Shown here: positions 56,660 through 60,860 of the stretch, in pieces
Numbering within the stretch: position 1 is the stretch's first letter
How the letters are laid out: the number at the start of each line of letters is the position of its first letter
DNA from: Rickettsiales bacterium
Lineage (GTDB): Bacteria > Pseudomonadota > Alphaproteobacteria > Rickettsiales > UBA3002
Reading direction: 5' to 3'
DNA length: 60,860 nucleotides
Assembly: GCA_049317085.1 (NCBI GenBank)
Contig: JBMOIY010000001.1
Location: 1-60,860 of the forward strand
Notes under the pieces: generated by a model
What the model saw: the letters and a program-made list of their open reading frames with translations, nothing else
Told to the model about the DNA's origin: nothing
Database searches by the model: none
Made by a program: the position numbers and the translations under genes

Positions 56660-57919
56660 ATGACACGCCGCGTTGTGGTTACGGGTATGGGTCTGGTCAC
56701 ACCACTCGGTACGGGGGTGGAGCATGTGTGGAAGCGCCTGATTGCGGGTGAATCCGGCATCAGCAGCATCACAAAGTTCGATACGTCGGACCTCAAGACA
56801 AAGATCGCCGGCCAAGTACCGCGTGGCGATGGCCCGGGTGAGTTCAACGCTGACAATTATATCGAGCCGAAGGAGCAGAAAAAGATGGATGATTTCATCC
56901 ATTTTGCGATGGCGGCGGCGGATGAGGCGATCAAGCAATCGGGCATCGATCTATCAACCGAAGAGAAACGCGTGCGCGCGGGTGTAATGATCGGCTCCGG
57001 TATCGGCGGCTTGCAAGCTATCGAAGAAACGGTGTTGATGATGAAGGAGCGTGGCCCAAGCCGTGTGTCGCCATTCTTCATCCCGGCGTGCCTGATTAAT
57101 CTTACTTCGGGGCAGGTCTCCATCAAACATGGCTTAAAAGGCCCGAACCATTCAGTGGTGACGGCGTGCTCGACAGGGGCGCATGCCATCGGCGATGCGG
57201 CGCGGATGATTCAGTACGGTTCGGCGGATGTGATGGTGGCGGGTTCGGCGGAAGCTGCGATTTGCCGTATCGGTATTGCCGGGTTTGCTGCAGCACGGGC
57301 ATTGAGCAACAGCTATAATGAGACACCTACCAACGCATCGCGCCCATGGGATACGGGCCGTGACGGGTTCGTGATGGGTGAGGGTGCCGGTGTGGTGGTG
57401 CTGGAAGAATACGAGCATGCGAAGGCGCGCGGTGCGAACATCCTTGCTGAGTTCGGCGGCTATGGTCTTTCGGGCGATGCGTATCACATCACGAGCCCGG
57501 CGGATGATGGGGATGGTGGATACCGTTCGATGCAGATGGCGCTTGCCGATGCGAAGCTGAAGCCGAGTGATATCGGCTATGTCAATGCACATGGCACGAG
57601 TACGCCCAAGGGCGATGAAATCGAAGCTGCTGCGGTGCGCCGACTGTTCGACGGGACGGATGTTTCGATGTCCTCCACGAAATCGGCGATCGGGCATTTA
57701 CTCGGCGGTGCGGGTTCGGTCGAAGGGATTTTCGCGTGCCTTGCGATGATGCATGGTGTGCTGCCACCGACGCTCAACCTTGAAACGCCATCGCAATCCG
57801 TGGCGGGGATGGATCTTGTGCCGTTGATCGCGAAGAAGAAAGAGGTGCATGCAGTGCTCTCCAACAGCTTTGGTTTCGGTGGGACGAACGCGAGCCTGGT
57901 GTTCAAGAAAGCCAGTTAG
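56660..57919 (+). CDS. fabF: 3-oxoacyl-ACP synthase II
   Basis: 419 aa with RRVVVTGMG, the ACSTGAHAIG active-site Cys, NAHGTST and the NSFGFGGTN C-terminus. Confidence 0.95.
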   Translation: MTRRVVVTGMGLVTPLGTGVEHVWKRLIAGESGISSITKFDTSDLKTKIAGQVPRGDGPGEFNADNYIEPKEQKKMDDFIHFAMAAADEAIKQSGIDLSTEEKRVRAGVMIGSGIGGLQAIEETVLMMKERGPSRVSPFFIPACLINLTSGQVSIKHGLKGPNHSVVTACSTGAHAIGDAARMIQYGSADVMVAGSAEAAICRIGIAGFAAARALSNSYNETPTNASRPWDTGRDGFVMGEGAGVVVLEEYEHAKARGANILAEFGGYGLSGDAYHITSPADDGDGGYRSMQMALADAKLKPSDIGYVNAHGTSTPKGDEIEAAAVRRLFDGTDVSMSSTKSAIGHLLGGAGSVEGIFACLAMMHGVLPPTLNLETPSQSVAGMDLVPLIAKKKEVHAVLSNSFGFGGTNASLVFKKAS

Positions 57920-57950
57920 GTCAACGTGCGGCTAACGGGTGAATAGAAGA

Positions 57951-58428
57951 ATGTCGCCCTCTATATCGGCAAATGTGTGACCGGGTTCGCGGGGCTGATG
58001 CTGTTCGGTGAGAGCCTTGGCATTCCGGATATGAGCTGGGTCGTCATCTCGATGTTGCTGGTGCTTACGCCCGATAGTGGTGAAGTGATTTCACTGACCA
58101 TTGTGCGTAAAAATCGAACCTTGTGGCAAGTGTCGTCAGCGTTCTTTTCCTGTTGCTATGCCCGAGTGTCATCGGCGCCATCTGCTTGTCGATCACGGTT
58201 ACGATCATCATTTGTTACCTGCTCAACCTAATGGCGGGGAGTCGCGCAGCACTCGCGGCAGTCGTTATCATCTCGTTGCACCCGGCGGGCATTCATCTGT
58301 GGAGCACGGCGGCGGAGCGGGTGCTGGCGGTGGTGGCGGGCTGTGTGGTAGCGCTGCTGCTGACATTCGTTTTTCATCGCACGCTGCCGTTGCACGGCAT
58401 TGCCACAGCGGACAAGCATAACGAATAA
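57951..58428 (+). pseudogene. Small FUSC/aromatic-acid-exporter-like membrane protein gene, frameshifted
   Basis: The sense runs through three frames: ATG 57951, then ALYIGKCVTGFAGLMLFGESLGIPDMSWVVISMLLVLTPD..., then KSNLVASVVSVLF...ERVLAVVAGCVVALLL. One shift is at the run GTAAAAATC (about 58103-58111). Confidence 0.35.
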
Positions 58429-58488
58429 TTTTAGTGGATGGTCGGTGCTTTCAGTAGCGCTGGATGGTTGAGTGCGTATAGTCGGTGC

Positions 58489-59463
58489 ATGCGTAAACTC
58501 ATGTATCTTTTGTTCGGTCTGGCTATTCTGGCGATGATGCCGGTGGTGCTGAGCGTGTATCTCTACAAGACCACAAATAGTACGACCGAGAAAATGGTAT
58601 TCATCGAACCCAAGACCGGGGTACGGGAGTTGATCGCGCAGCTGCATGCAGAAGGATTGGTGCCGTCGCCGATGCTGACATTGATCCCGGTCATCATGAC
58701 GGCGGATTACCATTTGCTGAAGGCGGGGGAGTATGAATTCCCGGCGGGAAGTACGCCAGCGCAGGTGATCGACCAGATTATCCGTGGCGAGGTTGTCATC
58801 CATAAGGTGACGATTCCTGACGGATGGGATGTGTGGCAAGTTAAGGCGGCGCTGATGGCGGAGCAATTATTGACGGGTGAGTTACCCGTGATCGCGGAAG
58901 GGTCACTGCTACCGGATACGATTCATTTCTCGCGCGGGGAGGCGCGCAGTTCCGTCATCGCGCGCATGCAGAAGGCGCAGAGTGAACTGATGGAGAAACT
59001 TTGGGCGAACCATGCGGCGGATCTTCCTTATCAGTCCCCCGCGCAAGCGTTGGTGCTGGCTTCCATTGTCGAGAAGGAAACAGGCATTGGTGGGGAGCGT
59101 GGAAAAGTGGCGGGGGTGTTCGTCAACCGGTTGCGTCTTGGCATGCCGCTGCAGTCCGACCCGACGGTGGTGTATGGCATCGAACTTCGCAATGGGGGCA
59201 TGCCGATGGGGCGGGCGCTGAGCAAGCTCGACCTCAAGACGGATACGGCACATAATACTTACACGCGCGCTGGATTGCCACCGACGCCCATTTGCAATCC
59301 TGGGCGTGCGGCGATCGAGGCAGTGTTGAATCCGACACCAACCGATGCCCTATATTTTGTCGCGACCGGCAATGGCGGACATAATTTTTCGGCCACGCTT
59401 GGTGAGCATGAGCGGTTCGTGGACCAATATCGTGCTGTGTTAAAGGATGCGCAGAAGCGTTAA
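58489..59463 (+). CDS. mltG: Endolytic murein transglycosylase MltG
   Basis: It has an N-terminal TM. Motifs are ASIVEKE, GVFVNRL...LQSDPTV.Y and YNTY...GLPP.PI.NPG. Confidence 0.9.
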   Translation: MRKLMYLLFGLAILAMMPVVLSVYLYKTTNSTTEKMVFIEPKTGVRELIAQLHAEGLVPSPMLTLIPVIMTADYHLLKAGEYEFPAGSTPAQVIDQIIRGEVVIHKVTIPDGWDVWQVKAALMAEQLLTGELPVIAEGSLLPDTIHFSRGEARSSVIARMQKAQSELMEKLWANHAADLPYQSPAQALVLASIVEKETGIGGERGKVAGVFVNRLRLGMPLQSDPTVVYGIELRNGGMPMGRALSKLDLKTDTAHNTYTRAGLPPTPICNPGRAAIEAVLNPTPTDALYFVATGNGGHNFSATLGEHERFVDQYRAVLKDAQKR

Positions 59464-59858
59464 TCTTTTTTCTTCAAATCCAAACTCACCGAATTAATGC
59501 AATACCGTAATCCTGTCTCGGTCGGGCCGTCGGGGAAGACATGGCCGAGATGGGCGTCGCATTTGCTGCAGGTGATCTCGGTGCGCACCATGCCGTGGCT
59601 ATGGTCCTGGTGTTCGGCGACGGCAAGTTTATCCATTGGGGCATCGAAACTGGGCCAGCCGCAGCCGGAATGGAACTTATGGTCGCTGGTAAAAAGCGTA
59701 TTTCCACAGCAGGCGCATGTATAGATGCCTTTACTCTCCTCGTCAGTGTATTTCCCAGTGAAAGGCCGCTCGGTTCCTTTTTCCCGGGCGACCCGGTAGA
59801 GGTCGGGGGACAGTGTATCGGCCCATTCTTTATTTGATTTCAATGCTTTGTCAGTCAT
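59460..59858 (-). CDS. msrB: Peptide-methionine (R)-S-oxide reductase
   Basis: 132 aa with CxxC...CxxC zinc motifs and the GHVF..GP and RYCINS catalytic region. Confidence 0.95.
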   Translation of the reverse strand: MTDKALKSNKEWADTLSPDLYRVAREKGTERPFTGKYTDEESKGIYTCACCGNTLFTSDHKFHSGCGWPSFDAPMDKLAVAEHQDHSHGMVRTEITCSKCDAHLGHVFPDGPTETGLRYCINSVSLDLKKKD

Positions 59859-60046
59859 TTATACCCTCCCGCCACATCTGTGGCAAAATTACAACTACCG
59901 CGCTTTCTCTGCGGGCTACGGGGGGGTGCTGGCACAGAGTGTTTGCATCTTAACCCGTGATTCGCCAGATATAGTCCCGATGCATCGCCTCTGCAACCCG
60001 CAGACGCGATGTAGCGGTTCACATTACATAGCTTAAGGACATCATC

Positions 60047-60589
60047 ATGAAAGCTCTTAAAACATCGACGATTCTGGCAGCTGCAAGCGTGCTGCTCATG
60101 GCAGCATCGGCAAGCGCAGGTACCATTTTCAAAGACACCGTCCGTACGGCTGCAGGCCCATCGGCTGTTACTAAATTCGGCGACTGCGTTCTCACCAAGT
60201 GGGATTCGACCAGCGGCGAGTGCAAAGGCATCACCGGCGAAATGCGCACGGTTTACTTCAACTTCAATAGCTCGGCGCTGACGCCTGCTGCGAAGACGAA
60301 GCTGAACGCTCTTGCGAAAGCGCTCAAGTCGGACAAAGTATCGTCGGTTAAAATTGTTGGGTACGCTGACCAGGTCGGCACCGATGGCTACAACCTGCGC
60401 CTCAGCCAGAAACGTGCGAACGCCGTTGCTGCTTACCTGCGTGGTAAAGGCCTGAAGGTTGTCGGTAACTCGGAAGTACGTGGCCTCGGTGAGACTGCGT
60501 CACAATCCCAGTGCGAAGGCACCAAAGGTAAAGCGCTCCACGCTTGCCTGTGGCGCGACCGCCGCGTTGAGATCGAAGTCGTTAACTAA
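60047..60589 (+). CDS. OmpA-family (peptidoglycan-associated C-terminal domain) protein
   Basis: Signal peptide, then YFNFNSSALTP....L..LA..L.....V.I.GYAD..G....N..LS..RA..V..YL. Confidence 0.8.
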   Translation: MKALKTSTILAAASVLLMAASASAGTIFKDTVRTAAGPSAVTKFGDCVLTKWDSTSGECKGITGEMRTVYFNFNSSALTPAAKTKLNALAKALKSDKVSSVKIVGYADQVGTDGYNLRLSQKRANAVAAYLRGKGLKVVGNSEVRGLGETASQSQCEGTKGKALHACLWRDRRVEIEVVN

Positions 60590-60616
60590 GCGACTTCTTC
60601 CAACATACGGAAATGA

Positions 60617-60646
60617 AGGGGCGGCCAATCGGTCGCCCCTTTTTTG
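60617..60646 (+). terminator. Rho-independent terminator
   Basis: GGGGCG-GCCAATCGGT-CGCCCC is followed by TTTTTT, downstream of the OmpA-like gene. Confidence 0.65.
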
Positions 60647-60703
60647 TTCCATTTGCCCACTCTCCACTTTCATAGAATTTCTTGGGTAATCTGGTATGGT
60701 TTG

Positions 60704-60779
60704 ATGCGTAAACTCGCGTATAGTAAAGCACCGCCCGTTTCGTCGTGGTTTCACGCTGGTCGAGCTATTGATCGTACTG
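60704..60779 (+). pseudogene. Prepilin leader/N-methylation motif remnant
   Basis: ATG 60704 (MRKLAYSK...) is out of frame with the following ...KHRPFRRGFTLVELLIVL. After LIVL the sequence is not pilin-like. The window ends at 60860. Confidence 0.3.
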
Positions 60780-60860
60780 TGTAACCCGACATCCAACCCC
60801 GCGGAAATACTCCATGACTTTCCTCCTTGGTTTATGATACGATAACGCCATAGAATGCCC

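Overview
The window looks like an alphaproteobacterial chromosome segment, judged by gene content and order. No database search was possible. It is mostly housekeeping. It holds two halves of the histidine pathway (hisH-GNAT-hisA-hisF-hisE-HIT on +; hisG-hisD-UPF0262-infA-maf on -), murA and dcd. It also holds a cfa-like/DUF1365/FAD-oxidoreductase lipid-modification cluster, DUF2339, an LplT-like MFS, tRNA-Ile(GAU) and nhaA. The SDR-purF-cvpA-radA and alr-dnaB blocks and rplI-rpsR-rpsF follow. The fab cluster (fabD, fabG, acpP, fabF, mltG) is broken up. There is also an RND efflux operon with its TetR, typA, msrB and an OmpA-like gene. No CRISPR array, rRNA, transposase or integrase was seen. 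Three visibly AT-rich single- or two-gene islets sit at breaks in otherwise conserved synteny. (1) Two same-strand ORFs, each with an exact Rx4H HEPN-type motif, lie between fabD and fabG next to a nested palindromic element. (2) An AAA+ ATPase with a PD-(D/E)xK-like C-terminus lies between dnaB and rplI. (3) An intact ADP-ribosylglycohydrolase lies next to a truncated HigA-like antitoxin remnant. A 928-codon ORF between radA and mlaF carries a complete adenosine/AMP-deaminase motif set plus unrecognised N- and C-terminal regions. The HEPN pair and the giant deaminase are the best candidates for an undescribed conflict or defence function. Both calls rest on by-eye motifs only. The window also holds an unusual number of broken genes: three prepilin-type genes, a truncated alpha/beta hydrolase at the tRNA, and two small frameshifted genes.
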